NCBI RefSeq assembly: GCF_963921235.1
Contig: NC_086101.1
Span: 5,892,001 to 5,956,000 of the forward strand
Reading direction: 5' to 3'
Origin: Mobula hypostoma
Taxonomy: Eukaryota
Length of the DNA stretch: 64,000 nucleotides
Part shown: positions 49,170 to 61,944 of the stretch, in pieces
Layout of the letters: each line of letters starts with the position of its first letter
How positions within the stretch are numbered: position 1 is the first letter of the stretch
The notes under the pieces: generated by a model
The model's input: the letters and a program-made list of their open reading frames with translations, nothing else
Told to the model about the DNA's origin: nothing
Database searches by the model: none
Position numbers and translations under genes: made by a program

Positions 49170-52100
49170 AGGAGGTTCTTTAACCCAACATGTTCACGCC
49201 GACCAACTTGCTTTTATGAGCTAGTCCCATTTGCCCATTATTCCTTTACACCTTTCTTATCTACATAACAGCCAAGATGCATTTTAAGACATTGTAACTG
49301 TACCCGTCTCTGCAGCTTCCTCTGGCAGCCTCCTCAGCTTCAGGGAGAAAGTCTAAGCCTATCCCACCTCTGCTTCTATTCCATATCCTCCAGCCCCAGT
49401 CACATCCTCGTAAATCTGTTTTGCACTCTCTCCAGTTGAATGACATCCCTCCTATAGCAAGGTGACCGGAACTGTACACACTGCTCCAAATGCAGTCGGA
49501 CCAATGTCCTGCACACACGTAACCGGAAGTCCCAGCTCCTGTACTCAGTATTCGGACCAGAACTCCCCTGTCTCTCTCTCTCGCTGTTCTACAACACTCT
49601 CCACAGTCCCGTCAATTGCTGTTTAATTCCTGACCTGGTTTGTCTTCTTAAAATGCCACACCCCACATTTCTCTGAATTAAACTCCACCTGCCATTCCTC
49701 AGCCCACTGGCCCAGTTGATCAAGGGCCCATTGTAAACTTAGATAATCCTCTTCACTGTCCACTATACTATGAATTTTAGTGTAATACACGAAACTGACT
49801 TTGTCACCTACATTCTCATCCAAATCATTATCATGAATGACAAACAATCACGAGTCCAGCAGCAACACCTGCAGTTCACAGGCCTCCAGTCTACTATGCT
49901 GCAGAGACATTTGGACAGGCATTTCAATAGGCAAGGCACAAACGAGTCTGGCCTTACGCTGATCAATGGCATGTGTAGATGGGTAAATAGTAAATAGGCC
50001 AGCACAGAGGTGATGGGCCGAAGGACCCATTTTTTTGTGCTGTACAACAATGCCTCTGTGACTTTAAATGAACTGAATGACTGAGACCCCACAGGCCTCC
50101 GGTGCAGAGAATTCCAAAGATACACCATCCTCCGAGGGTACACCCCATCTTGAGACAGTGACTCCTGACCTTCAATTCCGCAGACTGAAGAAGTGTGTCG
50201 GCTGGAAATGACAACTGTTTATTCATTTCCATAGATGCTGCCTGATCTGCTGAGTTATTCCAGCATTTTGTGTGTGTTGCAGGGGAAATATCCCCCCTTT
50301 TGAGGCCTGAAAGAATCTTGTGTTTCCCTAACATCCCTCTCATTCTTCTAAACAGGGGACAGAGAACATAAACAGTTCAGCACAGGAACCGGCCATTCAT
50401 TCAATGTGACAGTGACTGATCGCTCCCGGCATCAATTCCTCTTCTGCGCCCGTTCCCCGCAAACCTCTATTCCTCGATCTATCAAAATCTTCTCAAACTC
50501 CACCTTAATTATTTCCAATAATGGAGTGGGGAGTGGAGATTGCGAGTATAGAGAGGAGAAGGGGAGTGATGAGACAAGGGTACGAGGTGACTGTGAACTG
50601 AGGAGGGGTGAGAGATAGCAGGCCAGTTTCCCCAGGTTGGAGGGCTGGACTCAGATATACCACAACATCACTTACTGTGCACAGTTCTGGTCACCCTGTT
50701 AGAGGAAATATGTTATTAAACTAGAAAAAGTACAGAAAAGATTTATCATGATGTGGCATGGACTCGGGGGCCTGAATTACATGGAGTGGTTGAGTAGACT
50801 AGAATTTTACTCCCTACAACATTGGAGATTGTGGAGTGATCTGATCAAGGAATATAAGATCATTGGGGCAGAAATAGGGTGAATACACAGCAGCAGAATT
50901 AGGCCATTTGGCCCATGGAGTCATTCCTGACATTCCACATTGGCTGATATATTATCCCTCTCCACACACCTCCCCTGCCTTCTTCCCATAACCCTTCACA
51001 ACCTGACTAATCAAAACCCATCCACCTCCATTTTAAACATGCTCAATGACTTGGCTTCCACAGACATCTGTGGCAATGAATTCCATAGATTCATCAACCA
51101 CTGGCTGAAGAAATTCCTCCTCATCTCTGTTCTAAAAGGAATCCCCTCTGTTCTATTACTGTTTCCTCTGGTCTTGGACCCCTCCACTATAGGAAACATC
51201 ATCTCCACATCCACTCTATCTAGGCTTTTCAATATTAAATAGGTTTCAATGAGATCCCACCTCATTCTTCAATTGTTGACCAGGATTGTTCTTAGCAAAT
51301 TTTTCTACAAAAGTGGTTTATCATTGCCTGCTTCTGGGCAATGTTTGTACAAGACGAGAGACCCAAAAATTATCAATACTCTTCAGAGGTTGTCTGCCTG
51401 GAGTCAGTGGTCGCATAATCTGGGCTTGTATATGCACCAGCTTTTCATAAGACCACCCATCACCTAGTCCCATGGCTTCACTTGACCCTGATTAGTAGGG
51501 GGAGGAGGTGGGGTCTAAGCAGGTGTTACACCTTGCCCAAGGTTAACCTGCAGGATAGCAGAGGGAAGCCTTACACCCCCTCTGCTCCTTTGTTCCACCT
51601 TGCCATCCTAGGGTCCCTAAGCTGCTTACAGTACTCCAAGAGTAGTCTGACCAAAGCTTTATAATGTCTCTCCATCACATCCTCACTCTTATATTCTGGT
51701 CCTCTGAAAATTTATGCTTAACATTGCTTTGCAATCCTCACCACAGACTCAACCTGTAAGTTAAACTTCAGAGAATTGTGCACAAGGATTCCCAAGTCCC
51801 TTTGCACCTCTGATTTTCGATTTTTTCCCCATTTAGAAAATAGTCTACACCTTTATTCATTATACCAATGTACATGACCATACACTTCCCTGCGCTATAT
51901 TCCATCTGCCACTTCTTTGCCTATTCTCCTAATCTGTCTAAGGCCTTCTGCAGGTTCCCTGCTTCATCCTCCCTTTAGAATACTTCTTCTGACTTGGGAT
52001 GTATCTATCCCGTGCTTTCTGAATTTCTCCCCACAACTCCAGCCATTACAGGAAAGCAGTGGCTATCATCAGGCACCCTCACCACCCAGGTCATGCTCTC

Positions 52101-53870
52101 ATCTTGCTGCTGTCATCAGGAAGAAGGTACATGAGCCTAAGGACCCACACCACCAGTTCAGGAACAATTAGTACTCCTCAACCATCAGGCTCTTAAACCG
52201 GAGGGAATGACCTCACCCAGCTTCATTTGGCCCATCACTGAATTATTCCCACATTCTAGGAACCCACTTTCAGGACTCTTCTCAAGTTCTTGATATTTAT
52301 TGCTTATTAATTATTATTAATACTTCTTTTTTCTTTCTTTCTTTTGTCATCTTTTCCACACTGGTAATATACCTGTTCATTGATTCTGTTATGGTTATTG
52401 GATTTACTGAGCATGCCTGCAAGGAAATGAATCTCGGGATTGTATATGGTGACATAAATGTACTTTAATGAATTTAATTTGAACTTTGAAATTTGAATCA
52501 TCCCTGATCGTGTATCCTTCCAATCAACTTTGGCCAGCTGCTGTCCACAGGAACACAAGGAATGAAGGGGTTATCATGTTGAAAGGACTAGATAAGGTGG
52601 ATGTGGAGAGGATACTTCCGATGGTGGGTGTGTCCAAAACTAGAGTGCACAATTGCTTAACCAGAGGATAGTTAAACAGAGGGATGCTCTGCCACAGGCA
52701 GCTATGGAGGCCAAGACCATATTTAAGGCAAAGTTTCCTGATTGGTCAGGGAATCAAATGTTACGGTGAGAAGGCAGGTGTACGGGGTTGAATGGGATGG
52801 TGGGCAGATTAAATGGGCTGAATGGCCTAATTCTGCTCCTATATCTTATGGCCTTATGTATTTAAAAGTGACATGAGGAATATCTTCACATGAAGGGTGG
52901 TGCATATATGGAACGAGCTGCTAGAAATAAGCAACATTTAAAAGGATCTATAGTTGATATGTACATGGATGGAAGTATTTTACAGGGCTATTGACCAGGG
53001 TGGCACCTGCTCACTAGGCAGCGGTGTCAGCATGGACATTGGGCTGAATGTATGACACCTTGACTCGAATAGGTCACCCTAAGGATCAATATGGTCATCG
53101 ATAAAAGGAGATGGGGGAGGTTTCAAATGAATATTTCTCATCTGTGTTTCCCAGGAAGAGGGTCTTGGAAGCTAAGGAATTAAGGAAAATGAACAGTAAT
53201 ATCTTGCAACATATCACAGTACAGAAGCGAAGATACTGGAAGTATTAGATGAACCCCGGACAGTGACTGCGTACCTCTGAGTACATTAAGACTAGGGAAG
53301 GAATTGCAGAGGCCCTGGCAGATATATGTTCTTGGACATTTCACCCCAGGTGAGCTGCTGGAAGATTGGAGGGTGGCTGAGGTGGTGTCTTGAGTTAAGA
53401 AGGACTGGAAGGTCAAGCCAGGGAACTCCAGGCCGCTGAGCCTAACATCAGTAGTGGGAAAATTACTGGAATGGATACTGAGACACAGATTTACCAGCAT
53501 TTGGAAAGGCATGGACTGATTCAGGATAGTCAACATTGTTTTATCCCTGGGAAATAGTCTCATGAATTTGATTGAATTGCTCTTTGATGAGCTGACAGAA
53601 AGGACTATTGAGAATAGGGCAATAGATATTGCCTACATAAAAGTCAGCAGGCCTTTGACAAGATTCCATGCAGAAGGCTCATAGAGAAGTTTTGATCACA
53701 TAGTATTCAGGGAGAGCTATTCAATTGGATGTAAAATTGACTGGGGGTAGAAGACAGAAGGTGGTGGTGGAGAGGTATTGTCCAGACTGGAGCACTGTGA
53801 CCAGTGGTGTACTACAGGGATCGGTTCATTGGAAGAGAATATCATTGGAATGATTAGTAACTTTGTGAGT
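49170..53870. mobile_element. Mixed old CR1, Rex1, Penelope and SINE-like fragments filling TRIM intron 5
   Basis: Scattered decayed motifs (EEWQVEFN, RTEMRRNFF, EDWRVA) and repeat tails on both strands. Confidence 0.6.
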
Positions 53871-54331
53871 AAGTATCACTTAAAATTGTTCACAAACAAG
53901 GAGAATGGAAACTGTCAATATTTACCTTGTTTACTTGCATCAAACATTTCTCTCAACGTGGTGTTCAACAAAAAGGGGTGATCGAATTTTTCAACAGGTA
54001 GCAAGCCATGTGTCACTGACAGGGACGTGTCATCTTCACTAATACTGTAAATATTATAGAGCTTGTTATAAACTGAGCATCAGTGATATTTGAACTATTT
54101 TACAAATCCATACAGAGTTTAAGTAAAGACCATGTCTTACCTCCTCTTCTGATGAGCTTCCTCCTGAAATAAATAAAACACAGATCTCAATTGACTGAGA
54201 CTGACTCTCTCCCTACAGATGGAACTTGAGCAAAGTTATTACCAGTTGATGAAAATTCCCATTTCCTTGACACACACGAAGAAAGGGATACACCAACAAG
54301 GGACACAGAACTCTGGGAGAAAGTACAAGGA

Positions 54332-56660
54332 ATAGAAACATAGAAACATAGAAAATAGGTGCAGGAGTAGGCCATTCGGCCCTTCGAGCCTGCACCGCCA
54401 TTTATTATGATCATGGCTGATCATCCAACTAAGAACCCCGCCCCAACCTTCCCTCCATACCCCCTGACCCCTGTAGCCACAAGGGCCATATCTAACTCCC
54501 TCTTAAACATAGCCAATGAACTGGCCTCAACAGTTTCCTGTGGCAGAGAATTCCACAGATTCACCACTCTCTGTGTGAAGAAGTTTTTCCTAATCTCGGT
54601 CCTAAAAGGCTTCCCCTCTATCCTCAAACTGTGACCCCTCGTTCTGGACTTCCCCAACATCGGGAACAATCTTCCTGCATCCAGCCTGTCCAATCCCTTT
54701 AGGATCTTATACGTTTCAATCAGATCCCCCCTCAATCTTCTAAATTCCAACGAGTACAAGCCCAGTTCATCCAGTCTTTCTTCATATGAAAGTCCTGCCA
54801 TCCCAGGAATCAATCTGGTGAACCTTCTTTGTACTCCCTCTATGGCAAAGATGTCTTTCCTCAGATTAGGGGACCAAAACTGCACACAATACTGCAGGTG
54901 TGGTCTCACCAAGGCCTTGTACAACTGCAGTAGTACCTCCCTGCTCCTGTACTCGAATCCTCTCGCTATAAATGCCAGCATACCATTCGCCTTTTTCACC
55001 GCCTGCTGTACCTGCATGCCCACTTTCAATGACTGGTGTATAATGACACCCAGGTCTCGTTGCACCTCCCCTTTTCCTGATCGGCCACCATTCAGATAAT
55101 AATCTGTTTTCCTATTTTTGCCACCAAAGTGGATAACTTCACATTTATCCACATTAAATTGCATCTGCCATGAGTTTGCCCACTCACCCAACCTATCCAA
55201 GTCACCCTGCATCCTCTTAGCATCCTCCTCACTGCTAACACTGCCACCCAGCTTCGTGTCATCCGCAAACTTGGAGATGCTGTATTTAATTCCCTCATCC
55301 AAGTCATTAATATATATTGTAAACAACTGGGGTCCCAGCACTGAGCCTTGCGGTACCCCACTAGTCACTGCCTGCCATTCTGAAAAGGTCCCGTTTATTC
55401 CCACTCTTTGCTTCCTGTCTGCTAACCAATTCTCCACCCACACCAATACCTTACCCCCAATACTGTGTGCTTTAAGTTTCCACACTAATCTCCTGTGTGG
55501 GACCTTGTCAAAAGCCTTTTGAAAATCCAAATATACCACATCCACTGGTTCTCCCCTATCCACTCTACTAGTTACATCCTCAAAAAATTCTATGAGATTC
55601 GTCAGACATGATTTTCCTTTCACAAATCCATGTTGACTTTGTCCGATCATTTCACCGCTTTCCAAATGTGCTGTTATCACATCCTTGATAACTGACTCCA
55701 GCAGTTTCTCCACCACTGACGTTAGGCTAACCAGTCTATAATTCCCCAGTTTCTCTCTCCCTCCTTTTTTAAAAAGTGGGGTTACATTAGCCACCCTCCA
55801 ATCCTCAGGAACTAGTCCAGAATCTAACGAGTTTTGAAAAAATATCACTAATGCATCCACTATTTCTTGGGCTACTTCCTTAAGCACTCTAGGATGCAAA
55901 CCATCTGGCCCTGGGGATTTATCTGCCTTCAGTCCCTTCAATTTACCTAACACCACTTCCCTACTAACATGTATTTCACTCAGTTCCTCCATCTCACTGG
56001 ACCCTCTGTCCCTTACTATTTCTGAAAGATTATTTATGTCCTCCTTAGTGAAGACAGAACCAAAGTAATTATTCAATTGGTCTGCCATGTCCTTGCTCCC
56101 CATAATCAATTCACCTGTTTCTGTCTGCAGGGGACCTACATTTGTCTTTACCAGTCTTTTCCTTTTTACATATCTGTAAAAGCTTTTACAGTCCGTTTTT
56201 ATGTTCCCCACCAGTTTTCTCTCATAATCTTTTTTCCCCTTCCTAATTAAGCCCTTTGTCCTCCTCTGCTGAACTCTGAATTTCTCCCAGTCCTCAGGTG
56301 AGCCACTTTCTCTGGCTAATTTGTATGCTACTTCTTTGGAATTGATACTATCCCTAATTTCTCTTGTCAGCCACGGGTGCACTACCTTCCTTGATTTATT
56401 CTTTTGCCAAACTGGGATGAACAATTGTTGTAGTTCATCCATGCAACCTTTAAGTGCTTGCCATTGCATATCCACCGTCAATCCTTTAAGTGTCATTTGC
56501 CAGTCTATCTTAGCTAATTCACGTCTCATACCTTCAAAGTTACCCCTCTTTAAGTTCAGAACCTTTGTTTCTGAATTAACTATCTCACTCTCCATCTTAA
56601 TGAAGAATTCCACTATATTATGGTCACTCTTACCCAAGGGGCCTCTCACGACAAGATCGC
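54332..56660 (-). mobile_element. Young 5'-truncated CR1 with an uninterrupted 742-codon ORF2 segment (54421-56649)
   Basis: SDHN, KSPGPDG, YLDFQKAFDKVPH, GVPQGSVLGP and KFADD in one frame. (TTCTATGT)n tail. Confidence 0.95.
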
Positions 56661-58314
56661 TAGAATGTTTATGAAGATTGTACCATAACTGAGAGGATGG
56701 AACTGACAGGAAAGACTGGACAGGCTATGCATTTTAATCAGCATATGATGTCAGGGAGGATCAAATGGAGAAGTTTATGAATAGTGGTGGATTTGACTGG
56801 GTGTAAGTGGAGAAAGTATATCTGCTTGAAATGTAGTGAAGGGAATGTGGACTCACTGCCACAGGAGTGGTTGAAGTGGAACAGCAGAGTTTAAATATAA
56901 TAAGGAAGCTGCAGAAACACATGAGGGTCCATGGAGTTAGGGGCACTGTTGCTGGGTGTGGTGAGTAGATGGGAGGGGGCTTGTGAAGCAGGGAAATTGA
57001 TAGGAGAGAACAGACTGAAAGACCTGTCTATGATGTAAAATGGGATATAATCTGATGAAGAATATATCTGCAAAAAAACAGACTATACAAAATTCTCTCA
57101 AACAATGAACCTAATAGAAATTGGATACAGATGATGTGTGGGTCACATTGTGCAATTCAACCCCAGTTCCCACTGATCGGCAGACAGACCTCACACACAC
57201 CACACCAGACACGCTCACAGCCAGTGACTGTAACTGGTTGTTACTCTGACTATCAGGGGATATTATAAGTGGGAATCACAGAAAATTGTCTTGAATCTTT
57301 CGAAGGTTTTTCTCCATCGGATTTACAATCCTCGCCTCTTCTTCCCTGAGATCTCCGAGTAAGATCTCTGCTCTTTCTCAGTGAGAATCTGGTGCAGTTC
57401 GGCAATTATATGGCCATAAAGTCTCTACTTAGAAAATGGAAGGTAACCATTCAGCCCATTGATTCTATGCTGTTTCTCAGGTCTCAATCCTATTCCCTCA
57501 CGTTTCCCAGAAACCGTGTTTTCCTCACTGACCCATTAACTCCCACCTGATTCACAGACCACCGAACTTTACAGGGTTAAATACAGTAGCGAATTAAACA
57601 TTCAACCAGGCTTTCTGGGCAATGTTGGCCCATCGTGGTCTCAGTGAGAACATGCAGACAGCACCACAGGTCAGGATCTAACCCAGGTCACTGGAGCTGC
57701 GATACTCTGCTATTCTGCATTAAAGGGAACAAAACTACACAACAATATTGGAAATTCTGCTCAGGAAGTCCTCACCCGAACTCCAGCAATCTTGTCTTTC
57801 TGTTGCCGCTCCATTTCCTCGAGCTCGGATTTCTTTTCTGTGAGACATTCTACCGCAGATTTAACCCGGTCCTGGGGAGCAGAGAGTGAAGGAATTAGAC
57901 AATAAAGATGCAGTAACGATTCGGGCCAGTTTATTGTCATATACACCAGGGGTTAGAAAATAAATATGCAATGAAAAACCATCAGGTGATCAAAATCGAT
58001 TTTCTTTTACCTTATCGACTGCAACAGTTTCTTTAATCGGCAGGAAGCGGTGCTCCCTGTGTTCCCGCGCATCTCTGGAAACCATCTTAACTCCCGGCAC
58101 TTTGCTGATTCAGGTTCCTTTAACTTTCGGGGAGCTGCTGAACCGCTGCAGTACCGCGATTGTCCACTACACGCGCTGCAGTCGCAGGGAATGTACGTTA
58201 TGTTGCTGCGTGTATTCAGTGGGAGGAATTGCGGCAATTTCCTCAACAAGTTGAGATCAGAAACACATTTAACATGTGGGAACATAACTAAAAATTCAGT
58301 CATGGACGATCCCA

Positions 58315-58562
58315 ATCCCGGATGCGAAAGGAAGAGGGTTGGCATGGGTCAGCAACCCCATCCCGTAAAACCCCAGTGTGACAGATACGTCAACCGAATC
58401 TCCAAAGACCTCACCCCTGGGATACGAAGGACCTTCACCTGCAAGAAGTTCGAAGTCGTGTGGTGGTAGGACAAGCCACAGGATCAACCTTAGGCCCAGG
58501 ACAGGGAATTTTGACAAGCGCCATTGGCAGCCGGTACCACTGTAAGCGTGATTGACATAAGA
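58315..58562 (+). mobile_element. RTE-derived non-autonomous element (tentative)
   Basis: gagggttggcatggg..caaccccatcccgtaaaa motif resembling RTE 5' UTR derivatives. Confidence 0.4.
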
Positions 58563-59199
58563 AGATGCAGAACATAAGTGAAGCCGGAGAGAAGAGCCTG
58601 GTTCAGTCTGAGGCAGGACTGAAAGGGACAAGTTCTGAAAAGAGAGACATAAGAAGCTGCAGATGCTGAAATCTCGAGTTAGAAACAACATACTAGCGGA
58701 ACCGAGCAGGTCAGGCAACATCTGTGGAGAGAAATGCACAACCGGCTTTCCGGGTCAAGATCCATCATTTACACTGCCTCAACCCGAAAGGTAGATTATC
58801 CATTTCCCATCACAGATGCTGCCTGACCTATTCAGTTCCTCCAGCAGCTCATTTTTAATTTTTTTCGAGGTCTAAAGAAAGTCAGACTGGGGTGTAAAAC
58901 AGCCGTTAAATAAACATTTAAATCAACTGCGACATTGATTCATGCCATGAAAGTGGGGATGTGGAGAGAATATTATGCTGTGAGGAGACAGGTGCCGCGG
59001 TGATGACCGACCAGTGGCTGCAGGAAAAAGCACAGGACTGGATATTATACGTCACAGGATGGAAAACATTCAGTTTTTCGGTGAAGTTTTATTTCCACAG
59101 CTCTTCAAATGAAGAATCTTCCTGACTTCACCCATGTCCGTCCTGGCTCCAGTGGAAGGTCCGCTCTCCCTCTTTCTGGACACGGCCCACAATTTGAAT

Positions 59200-60110
59200 T
59201 CTTTTTTTCCCCATGACATACAAAATATTATCAATAATAAACCGTGCAATATGTTCATGGTCAATGTGGTACTTAGCGCTCTTTTACATTCATTAAAACC
59301 GTTAGGACTGTTGCCGCTCATGTGGCCCCCGGGGTGGTTCACTACTACAATAATAGAGAGACTTCCTCACCCAACCCGGCCTCTCCCTGTCCGGTAGCAG
59401 AGGAACCCTATCCCTTCAACCCGTCCCTCAGCACGTACTCTGCAGCCTGGAACGTGCCAGTCGGCTACACTCCTCTCCAGCAGGGGTTCCCATCCTTTTT
59501 CATACCACGGACCAGTACCATTAACCGAGGGGCAGTGGACCCCAGGTTGGGAAGCCCTGCGGACATCTCGATGTGATGGCAGACCAATATGTTTCGGGTA
59601 TCATTCGCCGAATTGGTAATTTTACGGCAGCACTCGATGTCCGGTTTCCTGTGCGTCCTGGGAACTACCCGAAGATCAGTGTCACTCAGCCGCCGTGGCA
59701 CAGGCCCTTGTATCTTTCTCCACGTCCTCTCGCGAGCCCCACAGTCTGCAAAGAGCTGAGTGAACGTCTCATCTCCACTGTAATAACTTCAAGGCAGCGC
59801 GCTGCAGGAGTCATGCTCCGGGTATGCGGGGCTCCCCTCACCGCCAGGCAGGCAAGGTCTCGGTGACTGTTGGTGAGATCTGGCGATGAGGTATTCAGCC
59901 TTACGGTCTGGACTGTCGGCTCAGTCCATCCAGTGCAAGACACTCCCTGCTGTCCATGCCTGACGTTCTTGTGGTCAAAGCTGTTGTTCTGAAAGAACTG
60001 TGACCAAGTACGTTTGCGCAGGGTTCCCATCGAGGGGTGATGAACGAAGTAGCTTCAGGGAGCTTCCTTTGATTCTAGAACAAATTGAGAACGACGCCTC
60101 CAGCTTCTGG
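59200..60110 (-). mobile_element. Tx1-like (L1 clade) 3' fragment, degraded
   Basis: zf-RVT-type remnants across frames: SSPDLTNSHRDLACLAVRGA, GDETFTQLFADCG, DIECCRKITNS and a RLQEYVLRD-like end. Confidence 0.7.
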
Positions 60111-60119
60111 CAGCAGGCT

Positions 60120-60450
60120 ATTCTCTGACACACTGACAACCAATCAGCGAGCACTTCTGGGAAAACGGGCTCTCATTGGCGGAGTAGTCAGCCCCGTCCA
60201 GTGTTAGCGGGCGGACCCGGCGAGAGGCCGCAGATCGGGAGTTGCACCTCGGGCAAAAGCTACAATACCGACCAGGGTCTTGAATCCTACCGATGGCAGA
60301 CGTGAAGAGAATGGCGGAGAATCCGTCAGATGGTTCAATGACAGGGGGGGGGGGGTGGGAGTGGTCGGCCTTTCTCCGCCGTGGATTGGAGGTTGTTGTC
60401 TGCAGCTGCCTCCTGGACCCCGTCCTGCTGCTGAGATCTCTGGTGCTCTC
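60120..60450. promoter_or_regulatory. CpG-rich promoter-like segment
   Basis: CCAAT at 60140-60144, ATTGG at 60175-60179, GGGCGG at 60209-60214, and high CpG density relative to the flanks. Confidence 0.5.
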
Positions 60451-61944
60451 ACTTCTCCCTGTGCAATCCGACAGGCTGTAGGCCAAGGGAGAACAAGGCG
60501 CAGAGGTAAACGTGTTTTAGAAAATAAGAAACAGGAGCAAGCGTGGCCATTCGGCCCCTTGCGCCTGTTCTGGCCTTCAATCCATGGAGCAGGACGGTAT
60601 AAAGATGGGTAAATAAAAATATATGGTCAGCATAGATATTGTGCTGAAGGGCTCGTTCCTGCACCTACTGTGTTATGTTCTGTCCTGTGGTGAAATATGT
60701 GGTGAAACTATCAGGCAAACAACTTTCTCAGTGAGATGGGAAATTTGATGCAACGTGACATTGAGAGGTGACGGGTATACTGGGATTACTGACACGGCTG
60801 CAGGAAAACTTCCAGACTTACTGTGCTGTGAGGTCCTGCTCTTCATATATAGATGTAGAGAGACAGACAGTATGGAGAGACGCACAATATGTCTCTGCAA
60901 ACCAAGCTGTTATCATGAACGTGTCCCATTTGCCCTCTTCCCTATCAAGCACTTATCGCTATTATAATTTATTGTCTTTCAGATGTTTTAATTAGACCTC
61001 CCTCCACTATTTCCTCTGGCAGCTCATCCCACAAGTCACCACACTTTCCCCTCACCTTAAACCTATGTGTTCCAGGTTTAGACTCTGTGACCCTTGGAAA
61101 AGGACTGTAAACTTCTACCTTATCTGTGTATTTTGTAAACCTCAATAAGCTCAGCTCTCAGCCTCATTCGCTCCAGGGAAAACAGTCCAGGCTGATCCTG
61201 TTTCTTCTCATCACTCAAGGAGTAGGTCTGACAACATCAGACGGAAATATTTCTGCACCATTTCCAGCTTCACGTCATCGTTGCTATCACCAGGTAACCA
61301 GAATTGTGTACAATACTCCAGGTGTGTTTTCACCAATTTCTTGTACAGTTGCACCATGTCATGACAACTCTTGCACTTAATACACTGACTGATGAAGACA
61401 AGACTATCAAATGCCTTCTTCACTACTTTGCCTAACGATATCTTCACTGTGGCAAATATGTACTTGATTCCATCGGTATCTTTGTTCTTCACCACTCCTC
61501 AGGGCCCTGCCATTCACTGGATTAACTTCCCACACTTGTCTGAGTGAAATTCCTTCTGCTCTTCCTTGTCCACTTTCCCAGTTGAACTGAAAGTAGATCT
61601 ACATTGGCTGGTTAAATGCCTCTTGAACATGACAGTTGTATCTGCCTCCATCAATTCACATCACAGCTGTGCATTCCAGGAATATGCCACTCATGCCTTG
61701 AACATCCCAGTTTATCTTTGACCTTTTTACTTTAATGTTTTACACTCACATAGTGTCCTTAAGGAAATAACGCTGACTGAGACCGTCTCATCATTAGAAT
61801 AATAAAGGGTGATCTCACTGTCACAGGGTAGAGGCAGGAATGATGTTACTGCTGGATGGGACGTGGAACCAGGAGGCACAAACTCGGTAATCAACTTTGC
61901 CTGCAAATGACCCAAACCCTCCAGTCCATGCCTGTTCATGTCCC

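Larger units (their letters stand above)
47630..58085 (-). pseudogene. TRIM (B-box/coiled-coil/PRY-SPRY B30.2) family pseudogene, six exon remnants
   Basis: Exons: 58011-58085 (MVSRDAREHREHRFLPIKETVAVDK|gt); 57776-57871 (96 bp, ag/gt); about 57283-57406 (truncated, frameshifted coiled coil); 54141-54163 (23 bp, ag/gt); 53926-54044 (119 bp, ag/gt); 48089 to about 47630 (PRY-SPRY). Confidence 0.9.

Noticed and set aside
54818..55522. Antisense ORFs within CR1 copies (also 46588-46869 and others)
   Set aside because: These are shadow ORFs of CR1 ORF2 with no independent evidence.
54421..56649. Domesticated or autonomous reverse transcriptase gene
   Set aside because: It is a 5'-truncated young CR1 that lacks most of the endonuclease, ORF1 and a promoter.
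59465..60030. Novel GC-rich gene next to the promoter-like segment
   Set aside because: Peptides from alternating frames assemble into the C-terminus of a Tx1-like ORF2.
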